Below are positions 20,683-31,227 of a stretch of 64,000 nucleotides of DNA, piece after piece. Under the pieces are notes generated by a model. The model did not search any database and was not told where the DNA came from. It saw only the letters and a list, made by a program, of their open reading frames with translations. The DNA lies in the NCBI GenBank assembly GCA_963777505.1, contig CAVZQN010000008.1, positions 288,001-352,000 on the forward strand, given 5' to 3'. The position numbers and the translations under genes were made by a program. Within the stretch, counting starts at the first letter, position 1. Each line of letters opens with the position of its first letter. This DNA comes from an uncultured bacterium (lineage in GTDB: Bacteria; Acidobacteriota; HRBIN11; JAKEFK01).

Positions 20683-20804
20683 TCCGGCGTTGTGGTATGC
20701 TGATGCTTCCTAAAATGCGCCTCATTCGAGGAGCGATTTATTTACCTGCTGGAACGCCTTAAGGAGCATTGTGCCTCACCAACGGTGCACATTCTGAAGG
20801 GTTC

Positions 20805-21287
20805 ATGTTTTCAAAATCAGTCGAAAAAGAATTTCAGGAATTGCTAAATCGGTATCCCTCGAAACGGAGCGCCCTCATCCCCGCCCTTCATATTGTTCAA
20901 AGGGAGCTCGGATATTTGACCAGCGAGGGACTTGAATACGTTGCAAATTTGATTGGGTTAACTCCTGCTCAGGTTACTGAAGTTGCAACATTCTATTTGA
21001 TGTTCTTTACAAAACCTGTCGGAAAGAATGTGCTATGGGTATGTCATAACCTTTCTTGTGATCTCCGCGGTGCTGAAGAGATTATCGAACACATTCAGAA
21101 TCGATTAAAAATCAATGTCGGCGATACGACAACGGATGGCAAATTCACTCTCTTACGCCAGGAGTGTCTTGCTTCGTGTGATACAGCACCCGTAATGCAG
21201 GTCAATGATGATTATGAAGAAAATCTTACTCCTGAAAAAGTTGAAAAGATCTTAACGAAACTTCAAAACAAACCCGAAGACAAATGA
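20805..21287 (+). CDS. nuoE: NADH-quinone oxidoreductase subunit E
   Basis: SALIPALH..Q, EVATFY, CHNLSC and CLASCDTAP 2Fe-2S ligands. Confidence 0.93.
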   Translation: MFSKSVEKEFQELLNRYPSKRSALIPALHIVQRELGYLTSEGLEYVANLIGLTPAQVTEVATFYLMFFTKPVGKNVLWVCHNLSCDLRGAEEIIEHIQNRLKINVGDTTTDGKFTLLRQECLASCDTAPVMQVNDDYEENLTPEKVEKILTKLQNKPEDK

Positions 21288-21775
21288 TTGAAGTAATATT
21301 TTTCACGTTTTTTTCAATGATGGCAGTCGCTGCGGCGTTGAGTGTCATTCTACAAAGGAATCCTGTTTACAGCGCCCTTTCATTAATCATTGTTATTGCG
21401 AGTATGGGCGGTCTTTTTTTGCTTTTAAATGCCGCATTTTTAGCTGTTCTTCAAATCATCATATACGCCGGCGCGATCATGGCTCTATTCCTTTTTGTAA
21501 TTATGATGGTGGAGATACCTGATGATGCAATACCGACAACATTTCATTTGTACGGAAAATTGGCGCTCTTGCTTCTTATTTTAATTGCAGGGGCAACAAT
21601 CTGGTCGATACGCACAATGAACGATCCGTTCCCTGCTTTGACTGCTGATTTTTCTGTGCGCAATTTGTCAATGCTCATTTTTACAACACATCTTTTTCCA
21701 TTTGAGGCAATTGGCATTTTGATCGTATCTGCAGTGGTTGGCGCTCTTTACATCGCAAAGAAGGAGGCAGCTTGA
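21284..21775 (+). CDS. nuoJ: NADH-quinone oxidoreductase subunit J
   Basis: NPVYSAL, QIIIYAGAIMALFLFVIM, PFE. Confidence 0.93.
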   Translation: MIEVIFFTFFSMMAVAAALSVILQRNPVYSALSLIIVIASMGGLFLLLNAAFLAVLQIIIYAGAIMALFLFVIMMVEIPDDAIPTTFHLYGKLALLLLILIAGATIWSIRTMNDPFPALTADFSVRNLSMLIFTTHLFPFEAIGILIVSAVVGALYIAKKEAA

Positions 21776-22074
21776 TTCAGCCTTCCTACTACATAATTCT
21801 TAGCCTGCTGCTTTTTTTTATCGGAGTACTTGGTATTTTTCTCCGCAAAAATTTGCTTGTAATGTTCATGTGTATTGAATTGATGTTGAATTCAGTCAAT
21901 CTTGCGCTTGTCGCATTTTCCAGGTTCTATCAAAACCTCGAAGGGCAGCTTCTTGTATTTTTTGTTATTACTGTAGCTGCCGCCGAAGCAACCGTGGGTC
22001 TTGCAATCATTTTATTGGTGCACCGGAACCGTAAAGCCCATGACATTGATCAGTTAACGACCTTGAAGGGGTAA
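21772..22074 (+). CDS. nuoK: NADH-quinone oxidoreductase subunit K
   Basis: CIELMLNSVN, AAAEATVGLAI. Confidence 0.95.
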   Translation: MIQPSYYIILSLLLFFIGVLGIFLRKNLLVMFMCIELMLNSVNLALVAFSRFYQNLEGQLLVFFVITVAAAEATVGLAIILLVHRNRKAHDIDQLTTLKG

Positions 22075-22078
22075 ATAA

Positions 22079-23973
22079 ATGGCTCCCACGCTAATGCCAT
22101 GGATCATTCTTTTCCCTGCCATCGGCGTTTTAACAATCGCTTTTCTTGTTCATCGAAAACCGCACATAGCTTCTCTTGTTTCTTGTTCTGCGACTGGAAT
22201 TTCATTTATTTTGTCCGTTGTTTGTGTGTTGCAACTTCTTCAATTAACACCGTCATCGCGTGTGATCGATGTCGATTATTTTAGCTGGATACAAGCTGGC
22301 TCTTTTCATGCAACCTTCGGACTTTACCTGGATCCGCTTTCGTCAGTCATGATCCTTGTAGTTACAGGGGTTGGATTTCTCATTCATGTTTATTCAATCG
22401 GATACATGCATGGAGATCCATACTACAGCCGTTTCTTTGCCTACCTGAACCTATTCATTTTTTCAATGTTAATTCTTGTTCTGGCAAACAACTATTTGCT
22501 TCTATTTGTCGGTTGGGAACTTGTTGGATTGAGTTCCTATTTGCTGATCGGGTTCTGGTTCGAAAAGAAAAGTGCAGCAGATGCAGGAAAAAGGCATTCA
22601 TCGTAAATCGGATTGGTGACTTCGGATTTCTGATTGGCATTTTTACTTTGTTTGCATTGTTCGGCTCCGTCCATTTCGGCGCAATATTTAGCAAAGCGGA
22701 AACGGCGTCTACGGCCATGATAACTTTTGCTTGCTTGTGGTTGTTTTGCGGGGCTGTTGGAAAGTCTGCACAAGTCCCACTTTACGTATGGCTCCCGGAT
22801 GCTATGGAAGGCCCAACACCCGTTTCAGCACTCATTCACGCAGCAACGATGGTTACAGCGGGTGTCTATATGGTAGGACGCTCATTTCCACTTTATTCCC
22901 TTTCCGAAACGGCTCTAACGGTAGTTGCTGTAACAGGCACATTCACCGCAATCTTTGCTGCTTCAATGGCTCTTGCACAATTCGATATCAAACGCGTTCT
23001 TGCATACTCAACGGTTTCTCAGCTTGGATATATGTTCATGGCCCTGGGCGTCGGAGCGTTTACTGCAGGAATTTTTCATTTGATGACTCATGCATTCTTC
23101 AAAGCTTTGCTCTTTTTATGCGCAGGAAGTGTAATGCATGCAGTGAATGGTGAAACTGATTTTCGAAAAATGGGAGGCTTGAAACAACCTCTGAATAAAA
23201 CGTATGTTCGTTTTCTTGTTGGTGGTCTTGCAATTTCCGGAATCATTCCATTTGCCGGTTTTTTCAGCAAGGATGCAATTTTACTGGGTGCATTTGCAGC
23301 ACATCGCTACACAATTTATGCGATCGGTTTAGTGACGGCTGTCTTAACTGCTTACTATACATTCCGTGTGATCTTCCGCGTATTTTTCGTTCCACCAAAA
23401 GATCCACACGCAGTTGAACATGCTCACGAATCCCCTCCCGTCATGCTGCGTCCATTAACGGTGCTGATGATCCTTTCAATTATCGGTGGCTGGGTTGCCA
23501 CACCATGGTATGCGCCATTTAATACTTTTTTGGAACCAGTATTTGGTAAAGCACACCATCCAATCTCACATACTCTTGAATATACCTTGATGGCTGTTGC
23601 TCTCCTGATTGCCATTCTAGGAATTGGAGTCGCTGCAATTTTCCACTACAAAAAGCCTGAACTCGCGGAAGGCCTGGCAGCTGAAAATTCGTTAATCAAA
23701 GGTGTGCATAAAGTGCTTCATAACAAATGGTACGTAGACGAAATCTACAATGCACTCTTTGTTAAACCCATTTATTGGTTCTCCGATCGTGTTCTGTTCA
23801 GAATCGTTGATGTCAACATTATTGACGGCATTGTAAATGATATCGCCGCATTCTTACGCGGTTCCGGCAAAATCTTACGTTCACTGCAGACTGGTGATGC
23901 TCGCGCGTACGCAGTTGCAATTCTCATTGGGACTTTAGGATTGGTCGCCTACTTTATCTGGATGGTGAAATGA
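22079..23973 (+). CDS. nuoL: NADH-quinone oxidoreductase subunit L; apparent one-base deletion in the A-run at 22588-22592
   Basis: [16 protein letters not shown] in 22079..22606; [42 protein letters not shown] in 22513..23973; one extra A restores AGKKAF. Confidence 0.93.
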
Positions 23974-25475
23974 GCGGTTTCCCTTTGTTGACTCTCGTTG
24001 TATTTGTTCCAATGGTCGGTGGGTTATTGATCCTTCTTTGGAAGAAAGCGAGCGATGAAACAATTCGAAACATAGCTCTCAGCGTTTCATTACTCAATTT
24101 TGTTTTCTCTCTTCCATTGTTCGTTTTTTTCAACACCGCTTTAACCGAACCTCAGTTCGTTGAAAAACTCCCATGGATTCCGTCTCTTGGTGTTGAATAT
24201 TTTATCGGTATCGATGGGTTGAGTATTTTGCTTGTCCTGCTTACAACGTTTCTCACACCACTGTGTGTTCTGATCTCTTGGAATGAAATTCAGAAAAAGG
24301 CTAGACAGTTTTTTGCTTTGCTTCTTTTGCTTGAAACTGGAGTTATCGGCGTATTTGTTTCGCTCGATCTATTCTTGTTTTATCTGTTCTGGGAAGTGAT
24401 GTTAATCCCGATGTATTTCTTAATTGGGATTTGGGGCGGCCCCAATCGAATTTATGCAGCAGTAAAATTCTTTTTATATACGATTGCAGGCAGCCTTCTG
24501 ATGCTCGTTGCAATTCTTTTTGTATTCAATACACATCAGAGCACCACAGGGATTACAACATTCAATCTGTTTGATTTGTATCAGACGCAATTTCCGCCCA
24601 ATCAAAAGTTCTTACTATTCCTGGCATTTTTTGTGGCGTTTGCAATTAAAGTACCCGTTTTCCCATTCCACACATGGCTTCCTGATGCACATACCGAAGC
24701 TCCAACCGCAGGTTCTGTAATGCTTGCAGGTGTGCTGTTGAAGATGGGCACTTATGCGATGCTGCGAATCGCCATCCCTCTATTTCCTGATACTGCACAG
24801 CAGGCAGCACCCGTCATAATTATTCTCGCATTGATCGGAATTGTGTATGGCGCACTCGTAGCAATGGTGCAACCCGATATCAAAAAGCTTGTTGCATATT
24901 CAAGCGTCAGCCATCTTGGTTTTGTGATTCTTGGAATGTTTGTGTTTAACCAGCAGGGATTACACGGCGCTTCGATTCAAATGGTTAATCATGGTCTGAG
25001 CACTGGCGGACTCTTTTTGCTTGTCGGAATGCTTTATGAAAGAAGACATACGCGGATGATTACAGAATTCGGCGGCATCGCAAAACAAATGCCGATTTAT
25101 TTTTTTATGTTTTTGATTGTTCTTCTTTCTTCAATAGGATTGCCATTGTTAAACGGCTTTGTTGGAGAGTATCTTGTGCTGCTCGGTGCATATCAAGCTA
25201 ATCTCTGGTTCGCAATTATTGGAACGAGCGGCATAATCTGGGGTGCTGTATACATGTTGTGGATGTTTCAGCGCGTTATGTTTGGGCCGTTGGATAAGCA
25301 AGAAAACAAAGAGTTAAAAGATCTCGATAAAAGAGAAATCGCAATCCTGGTTCCGATTATCCTTGCAATGTTCTGGATCGGAATTTACTCCAATCCGTTT
25401 TTGCGAAGAATGGATACAGCCATCAATCAAACACTTGAGCGAGTTCACCAGTCTCAAGCAGCAGGAACAAAGTAA
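23970..25475 (+). CDS. nuoM: NADH-quinone oxidoreductase subunit M
   Basis: FWEVMLIPMY, KVPVFPFHTWLPDAHTEAPTAGS, AYSSVSHLG. Confidence 0.96.
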   Translation: MSGFPLLTLVVFVPMVGGLLILLWKKASDETIRNIALSVSLLNFVFSLPLFVFFNTALTEPQFVEKLPWIPSLGVEYFIGIDGLSILLVLLTTFLTPLCVLISWNEIQKKARQFFALLLLLETGVIGVFVSLDLFLFYLFWEVMLIPMYFLIGIWGGPNRIYAAVKFFLYTIAGSLLMLVAILFVFNTHQSTTGITTFNLFDLYQTQFPPNQKFLLFLAFFVAFAIKVPVFPFHTWLPDAHTEAPTAGSVMLAGVLLKMGTYAMLRIAIPLFPDTAQQAAPVIIILALIGIVYGALVAMVQPDIKKLVAYSSVSHLGFVILGMFVFNQQGLHGASIQMVNHGLSTGGLFLLVGMLYERRHTRMITEFGGIAKQMPIYFFMFLIVLLSSIGLPLLNGFVGEYLVLLGAYQANLWFAIIGTSGIIWGAVYMLWMFQRVMFGPLDKQENKELKDLDKREIAILVPIILAMFWIGIYSNPFLRRMDTAINQTLERVHQSQAAGTK

Positions 25476-26896
25476 TGGACATCCTTTTAGCGCTGCTCCT
25501 TCCGATTGTCTTAGCAGCCGGAATGCTGCTGATTATTATCGTTGACGCTTTTTCTGGAAAGCCGAAGACAATTTGCCATGCGCTTTCGATCGCTACACTT
25601 ATTGCAGGAATGATCGCTTGCATATTTCATTGGCAGGCGAAAACTCAAACGTTCGCTGGAATGATCATCTTTGATTCCTTCAGCCTTACTGCATCATTCA
25701 TCTTTTGTCTTGCTGCACTGATCACGACCCTTCTTGTACAGGGAACAGAGTATGAATCGCCTCAATTCCATTCCCTGCTGATCCTGACACTTATTGGAAT
25801 GGTCTTTTTGGCTGCCGGTTCCCATTTCGTTGTGATTTTTATCGGGCTAGAAATTCTGTCACTTTCAGTTTACGTCCTTGCTGCATTCGCAAAAAAAGAC
25901 CCTCTTTCTTCTGAAAGTGGTTTGAAATATTTTTTACTTGGCTCCTTTGCTTCTGCATTCTTTTTATATGGAGTGGCATTTGTCTATGGAGCGTCAGGTT
26001 CTCTTCAGCTAAACGGTATCGCGAAAGCGTTGTCCGCAACAGGGTTTGATAATCATGCGCTTCTTTACCTTGGATTAATTTTTCTCATCGTAGGTTACGC
26101 ATTCAAAATTTCAGTTGCACCATTTCATATGTGGACGCCTGATGTTTATGAAGGTGCGCCAACGCCTGTAACCGCATTCATGGCTTCGACTGTCAAGGCT
26201 GCTGCGCTTGCGAGTCTTCTTCGTGTTTTTCAGATCGCTTTTCCATCAGCCGGAAATTTTTGGCAGCCTTTAATTTGGGTTTTGGCTGCAGCAACGATGT
26301 TTCTCGGAAATCTTTCTGCGTTATCGCAAAACAATTTGAAACGACTGCTTGCTTATTCCAGTATTGCGCATGCTGGTTACATGTTAGCGGGCTTGCTTGC
26401 AGCACCTCTACAAGCGCAACAAACACTTCTGTATTACTTTGCTACGTATGCCTTTATGAACCTGGGAGCCTTTGCTGTCGTTGCATGGCTCGAAAGAACC
26501 GCTGGCATTCATGAAATCTCACAATATCAGAGCATGGCTTATACGCGTCCATATCTGGCAATTTTGATGACCCTCTTCCTTGTATCTTTGGGCGGACTTC
26601 CACCAACCGCAGGCTTCTTCGGAAAATTTTATCTTTTCCGCGCCATCCTTGAACAAAATCATGTCTGGATTGTAGTTCTGGCCGTAATTAATAGTGCGAT
26701 CTCCTTCTATTACTATTTGCGCGTAGTAATCTCAATGTTCACACCTGAGAAGGAAACGATAGCCGCACCATCACCGCGTGTATCGCTGCCAGTATTTCTT
26801 GTTCTCGTTCTTACAGTAATTGGAAGTCTGTGGCTTGGTTTATTCCCTGAAGTCTTTCTTAATCTAGCACGTGCTATTTCAATGGCAGCTTCATAA
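25475..26896 (+). CDS. nuoN: NADH-quinone oxidoreductase subunit N
   Basis: ESGLKYFLLG, FKISVAPFHMWTPDVYEGAPTPV, KRLLAYSSIAHAGY. Confidence 0.96.
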   Translation: MDILLALLLPIVLAAGMLLIIIVDAFSGKPKTICHALSIATLIAGMIACIFHWQAKTQTFAGMIIFDSFSLTASFIFCLAALITTLLVQGTEYESPQFHSLLILTLIGMVFLAAGSHFVVIFIGLEILSLSVYVLAAFAKKDPLSSESGLKYFLLGSFASAFFLYGVAFVYGASGSLQLNGIAKALSATGFDNHALLYLGLIFLIVGYAFKISVAPFHMWTPDVYEGAPTPVTAFMASTVKAAALASLLRVFQIAFPSAGNFWQPLIWVLAAATMFLGNLSALSQNNLKRLLAYSSIAHAGYMLAGLLAAPLQAQQTLLYYFATYAFMNLGAFAVVAWLERTAGIHEISQYQSMAYTRPYLAILMTLFLVSLGGLPPTAGFFGKFYLFRAILEQNHVWIVVLAVINSAISFYYYLRVVISMFTPEKETIAAPSPRVSLPVFLVLVLTVIGSLWLGLFPEVFLNLARAISMAAS

Positions 26897-26901
26897 TTTT
26901 C

Positions 26902-27396
26902 ATGAAGCCAATTTCTGAAGTTCCGCGAACAATACCGCTCGGCATTAAACTCATCATTACATTTTTTTATGTAGGTCACATTCCTTTTGCTCCCGGAACG
27001 TTTGCATCGCTTGCAGCCTTCATTCTTTATTTTCCTTTGCTTGCACTCAATCATTGGATCATTTACCTGGCGGCAATCATTCTGGTTACGCTTGCGGGAG
27101 TGTGGGCTTCCGGAAGAGCTGAAAAAATCAGCGGCATAACAGATCCGTCTTTTGTGGTAATCGATGAAGTTGCTGGACAATTGATCACTCTCTTTCTGCT
27201 TCCATTTTCATGGAAGATTCTTATTGCAGGTTTTATTTTGTTTCGAGTCTTTGACGTAATCAAACCATTTCCAGCCCGCCGCGCAGAGCAACTTCATGGC
27301 GGATGGGGTATCATGATGGATGATGTTCTCGCAGGATTGTACGGAAACATTTTGCTCCAACTGACACATTATTTTTGGCCTAACTTCCTGAGTTAA
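26902..27396 (+). CDS. pgpA: Phosphatidylglycerophosphatase A
   Basis: APGTFAS, DPSFVVIDEVAG, FRVFDVIKP, GIMMDDVLAG. Confidence 0.94.
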   Translation: MKPISEVPRTIPLGIKLIITFFYVGHIPFAPGTFASLAAFILYFPLLALNHWIIYLAAIILVTLAGVWASGRAEKISGITDPSFVVIDEVAGQLITLFLLPFSWKILIAGFILFRVFDVIKPFPARRAEQLHGGWGIMMDDVLAGLYGNILLQLTHYFWPNFLS

Positions 27397-27440
27397 GTAT
27401 TATTCCTCATAGCGCCTTTTGAGTTTAGAGTTTTTCGCCC

Positions 27441-28658
27441 ATGCTGAAATCAGAAATAATTGCTATCGGTTCAGAACTCCTTACTCCTTTCCGCTCTGAT
27501 ACAAACTCGCTCTATCTCACAAGATCTCTCGAAGAACGCGGCATAAAAGTCGTAGCAAAGAGCATTATCGGCGATGATCTCCCAGATATTGTCCGTGCAT
27601 TCTCAATTGCCTTTGATCGAAGTGACATCATCATTATTACCGGAGGACTCGGTCCTACTGTTGATGATCTTACCCGTGATGCACTTTCAGAGTTTCTATC
27701 TGTAAAGCTTGTACTCGATGAAAAAGTGCTTCAATCAATTGCAGATCGTTTTAACATTCGCGGGATACGCATGCCGGAGATTAACAAAAAGCAGGCGATG
27801 GTCCCTGAAGGTGCGGTTGTACTTGAAAATCACAACGGCACTGCTCCTGGGCTTTTCCTGGAAACACGTGGCAAGCAAGTTTTCTTGCTTCCAGGTCCAC
27901 CGTTTGAAATGGAGCCTATGTGGGAGAAGTATTGCATTGCGCGGCTAAAAACAGATGATCCATTTATTCGGCATATTTTTCGAATTGCGATGATGCCGGA
28001 ATCCAGAGTCGATGAACTTGTAAAGCCTGTAACTGAAAAACTGAAAGAGACTCAATACACAATTCTTGCCTCACCTGCTGAAATTGAAATTCATTTGTTA
28101 GCGCAAAGCCGTTCTGCCAGCGAACTTTCCTGGGCACGTGATGAAATAAAAAATATTTTGGGAAACAGAATTTATACAGAAGGGCTTTTCAAATTGGAAG
28201 AAGTAGTCGCGGCGATGCTAACGAAGGCCAGGTTGACTGTCAGTGTAGCTGAATCATGCACTGGAGGATTGCTAGCTCATCGTTTAACCCAAATTCCGGG
28301 AAGTTCTAAATATTTTGACCGCGGAGTTGTTGTCTATAGCAACAGAGCCAAAGTACAAATGCTTGAGATTCCAATGGAATTAATTGAACTACATGGAGCT
28401 GTCAGTGCGCCGGTTGCAATCGAAATGAGCGAGGAAATCAGGGCACTCTCACGGTCCGATATTGGAATCGGAATTACAGGTATTGCCGGCCCAGATGGAG
28501 GAACTCCTGAAAAACCAGTTGGACTCGTTTATATTGCACTTGCTGACTTACACACCACTCGTGTTGAAAAGTATCACTTCCCACAGGGACGTGATCGCGT
28601 AAAATTTATGTCAACTCAAGCTGCGTTAAATCTTCTGCGATTGCGCTTACTTCAATAA
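27441..28658 (+). CDS. cinA: Competence/damage-inducible protein CinA (MCF plus NMN deamidase)
   Basis: IGSELL, TGGLGPTVDDLT, GTAPG, AESCTGG, GITGIAGP. Confidence 0.94.
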   Translation: MLKSEIIAIGSELLTPFRSDTNSLYLTRSLEERGIKVVAKSIIGDDLPDIVRAFSIAFDRSDIIIITGGLGPTVDDLTRDALSEFLSVKLVLDEKVLQSIADRFNIRGIRMPEINKKQAMVPEGAVVLENHNGTAPGLFLETRGKQVFLLPGPPFEMEPMWEKYCIARLKTDDPFIRHIFRIAMMPESRVDELVKPVTEKLKETQYTILASPAEIEIHLLAQSRSASELSWARDEIKNILGNRIYTEGLFKLEEVVAAMLTKARLTVSVAESCTGGLLAHRLTQIPGSSKYFDRGVVVYSNRAKVQMLEIPMELIELHGAVSAPVAIEMSEEIRALSRSDIGIGITGIAGPDGGTPEKPVGLVYIALADLHTTRVEKYHFPQGRDRVKFMSTQAALNLLRLRLLQ

Positions 28659-28682
28659 ATTTTGCATCTCCATGGTGAATAG

Positions 28683-29234
28683 ATGAGGCTCTTTGTTGCG
28701 ATCGGATTGCCACAAGAAATTGAAAAGATGATTGAAGAGTTTCAAAATGATTTCAAGCCATTTGCGCGCGACGCAAAATGGGTAAACCCGAAAAATATTC
28801 ATTTAACACTAAAATTTCTCGGCGAAGTTAAAGAAGAAAAAATTCCAGAGCTTCAGGAAGTTCTTACGAAAGCTGCCGAAGGTTCTACATCAGTCCCAAT
28901 CGCAGTTCAAGGGTGCGGCTTTTTTCCAAATTCGCGCAGACCTTCTGTATTCTGGGCAGGTGTTGTTTCAGAGCCGTTGCATGCTTTGCAGAAAAGCATC
29001 GAAGACTCCACAGAGCGTCTGGGATTTGAAGGAGAAAACCGGCCATACAGTCCGCATCTTACTCTCGCACGTTTTAAAGATCCGCACGGTCGACTCCCAA
29101 TCGCACAGGAAGCGGAAAAACGAAAAGATTTTCAATTTGGTAACTTCATCGCATCCAACTTTTCGCTGTATCAAAGTGTTTTAAAACGGACCGGCGCAGA
29201 ATATAGCGTGCTGAGATCTTTTTCACTAAGCTAA
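28683..29234 (+). CDS. thpR: RNA 2',3'-cyclic phosphodiesterase (2H family)
   Basis: MRLFVAI, HLTLKFLG and PHLTLAR (two HxT motifs). Confidence 0.94.
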   Translation: MRLFVAIGLPQEIEKMIEEFQNDFKPFARDAKWVNPKNIHLTLKFLGEVKEEKIPELQEVLTKAAEGSTSVPIAVQGCGFFPNSRRPSVFWAGVVSEPLHALQKSIEDSTERLGFEGENRPYSPHLTLARFKDPHGRLPIAQEAEKRKDFQFGNFIASNFSLYQSVLKRTGAEYSVLRSFSLS

Positions 29235-29235
29235 G

Positions 29236-30531
29236 TCACATCCGAGTCACGGATATTTTCTTAAATCCAGCATAAATTCGTTTGAATCCAACTGCAGCAA
29301 AAATTGCAATCAGCGGTGTAAGGGGGAATCGATAGCGTCCGAGGGGGAAAAAAGCAAGAGTATGAAACAACGTCCAGGCAACAATAAACAAAAGGAATAA
29401 ATAGACACGGGGATCTTCGGCGTTTTTGATTGATACGAAAATTCCCGCAGCACAACCAAGCAAAATGAACATGTAATAGGCTTGGGAAACCATAAAAAGC
29501 AACAACTTGATATAGCCTGGGGCAGGAATTTCCAATCTATTTACAATGGACAAGACTTCACCGGCAGAAAAAATGCGTGGAAGTCCCGCATTATGTAAAA
29601 GTCCATCAATGTCTGCGTACCAAAACTTGTATAGTTTTTTCGGAAAGTTCAACACTGGAGCTGCAGGATGTTGTTTCAAGAAATCGAAGGCTTCACGGTA
29701 AGCGAGTTTCTCAGCTGCAAGTTCCTCTTTAGGCGATGAAGCACGCCTGAGCCAGTTTGCCGTGAACCGCTCCGGTGTCTCTACGAATCTTCCTTGAACC
29801 TGGCCGAGCCAGAAGTTCACACCACCATTGGTCGAAACTAAAACAAAATTGTTAAAGACCAAAGCATTTCTGATTACCCATGGAAGAAGGACACTCGTCA
29901 TTCCAAGTACGACCACAACAAACGCATTTACTACTTTTTTGACAGGAAGCGTTTTGATCCACTTCCAGTAAATCAAAAATATGAATGGCATGAAAATCGG
30001 GACTGATCGAATAAGGCACGTCAATCCTAAAAACACGCCTCCCAAAAACAATGCTCCGCCGCTGAGTTCCTCGCTTTTGCTTGTTGTAACCAAATACATG
30101 GTGATCAGAAGAAAAGTTGCAAATAAAACTTCAGTTGTAAGAAGGCTTGTAAAAAAAATCTGACTTGGAAAGATAGTCATTATCGCTAGAGTGATTCTCG
30201 CAGTCTGCCTTTCAAATACCTGCTTCGCAAGCAAGTACGCAAAAAGACAGATAAACGTACTAAGGACAACATTTGCAATTTTCGCAGCAATCGGATGGGG
30301 TCCTGCAATCCAATAAATAACCGCGAGAAATGCTGGATAACCGACCGGAAAAAATGCAGTGGGTGTCCCCTCATAATGATATTTGTGCACACTTACCAGG
30401 CCCTTTGCAGTCATATCAAACCATGGGGCATCTCCAAGAAGCTGATTGTTTATTGTAAGCACCCATGCAAGACGTAGAAGAAATGCTATAGAGAGCATTA
30501 TGAAAATCTCTTTTTTTTCCGAAGGGCTCAT
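29236..30531 (-). CDS. ArnT/GT39-like polytopic membrane glycosyltransferase
   Basis: D after TM1, PVGYPAFLA, LLTTEVLF, PWVIRN...STNGGVNFWLG, RYRFP; many TM segments. Confidence 0.75.
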   Translation of the reverse strand: MSPSEKKEIFIMLSIAFLLRLAWVLTINNQLLGDAPWFDMTAKGLVSVHKYHYEGTPTAFFPVGYPAFLAVIYWIAGPHPIAAKIANVVLSTFICLFAYLLAKQVFERQTARITLAIMTIFPSQIFFTSLLTTEVLFATFLLITMYLVTTSKSEELSGGALFLGGVFLGLTCLIRSVPIFMPFIFLIYWKWIKTLPVKKVVNAFVVVVLGMTSVLLPWVIRNALVFNNFVLVSTNGGVNFWLGQVQGRFVETPERFTANWLRRASSPKEELAAEKLAYREAFDFLKQHPAAPVLNFPKKLYKFWYADIDGLLHNAGLPRIFSAGEVLSIVNRLEIPAPGYIKLLLFMVSQAYYMFILLGCAAGIFVSIKNAEDPRVYLFLLFIVAWTLFHTLAFFPLGRYRFPLTPLIAIFAAVGFKRIYAGFKKISVTRM

Positions 30532-30624
30532 AATATTTTTTGAATGATAACATTCCACACTCTTCAGACAAAGTTTCGGTTCATTCTTGGCTTTTCTTCT
30601 TGTTTAATGTGAAACTCATATTGT

Positions 30625-31227
30625 ATGAATTGGAAGCTTGCTGCCATTCCTGTTGTGGCTTACTTCATTGGCGCGATTCCATTTTCCTATGTTGTTACGC
30701 GATGGAAAACTGGAGGCGACATTCGTTTGATGGGCAGCAAGAACGTAGGGGCGACCAATGTTCTACGGACGTCCGGCAAAGTGGCAGGATTCGCGGCTCT
30801 AATTCTGGATGTGCTGAAAGGGGCCGCCGCCGTTTATATCGGCAAGTTACTTGGAGGATCAGAATTCTGGGCAGCTTTTGCAGGATTTTGTTCGGTTGTT
30901 GGTCACAGTTTTCCAATCTTTCTTAACTTCCGCGGAGGAAGGAGCGTGGCTACGGGAGCCGGCTCATTTTTAGTCCTGTGTCCTTTTGGAATTCTGTCAG
31001 CAATCGGAATATTTATTGTTCTGTTGTTTTCATTTCGCATTGTTTCTCTCGCTTCAATTATCGCTTCGGCTTCCTTTCCATTCTTTGCATGGCTCTACGG
31101 CGAACAAAATAGTGTTATTTTGTGGGGTGGCATTTCCGCCGGATGGATTATCTTAAGGCATTGGGAAAATCTAGTACGATTAGTTCAAGGAAGCGAAAGA
31201 AAAATGGGAGAAGGCAAAAATGCCTAA
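30625..31227 (+). CDS. plsY: Glycerol-3-phosphate acyltransferase PlsY
   Basis: GSKNVGATNVLR, DVLKG, GHSFPIF..FRGG, RHWENL..L..GSE. Confidence 0.95.
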   Translation: MNWKLAAIPVVAYFIGAIPFSYVVTRWKTGGDIRLMGSKNVGATNVLRTSGKVAGFAALILDVLKGAAAVYIGKLLGGSEFWAAFAGFCSVVGHSFPIFLNFRGGRSVATGAGSFLVLCPFGILSAIGIFIVLLFSFRIVSLASIIASASFPFFAWLYGEQNSVILWGGISAGWIILRHWENLVRLVQGSERKMGEGKNA

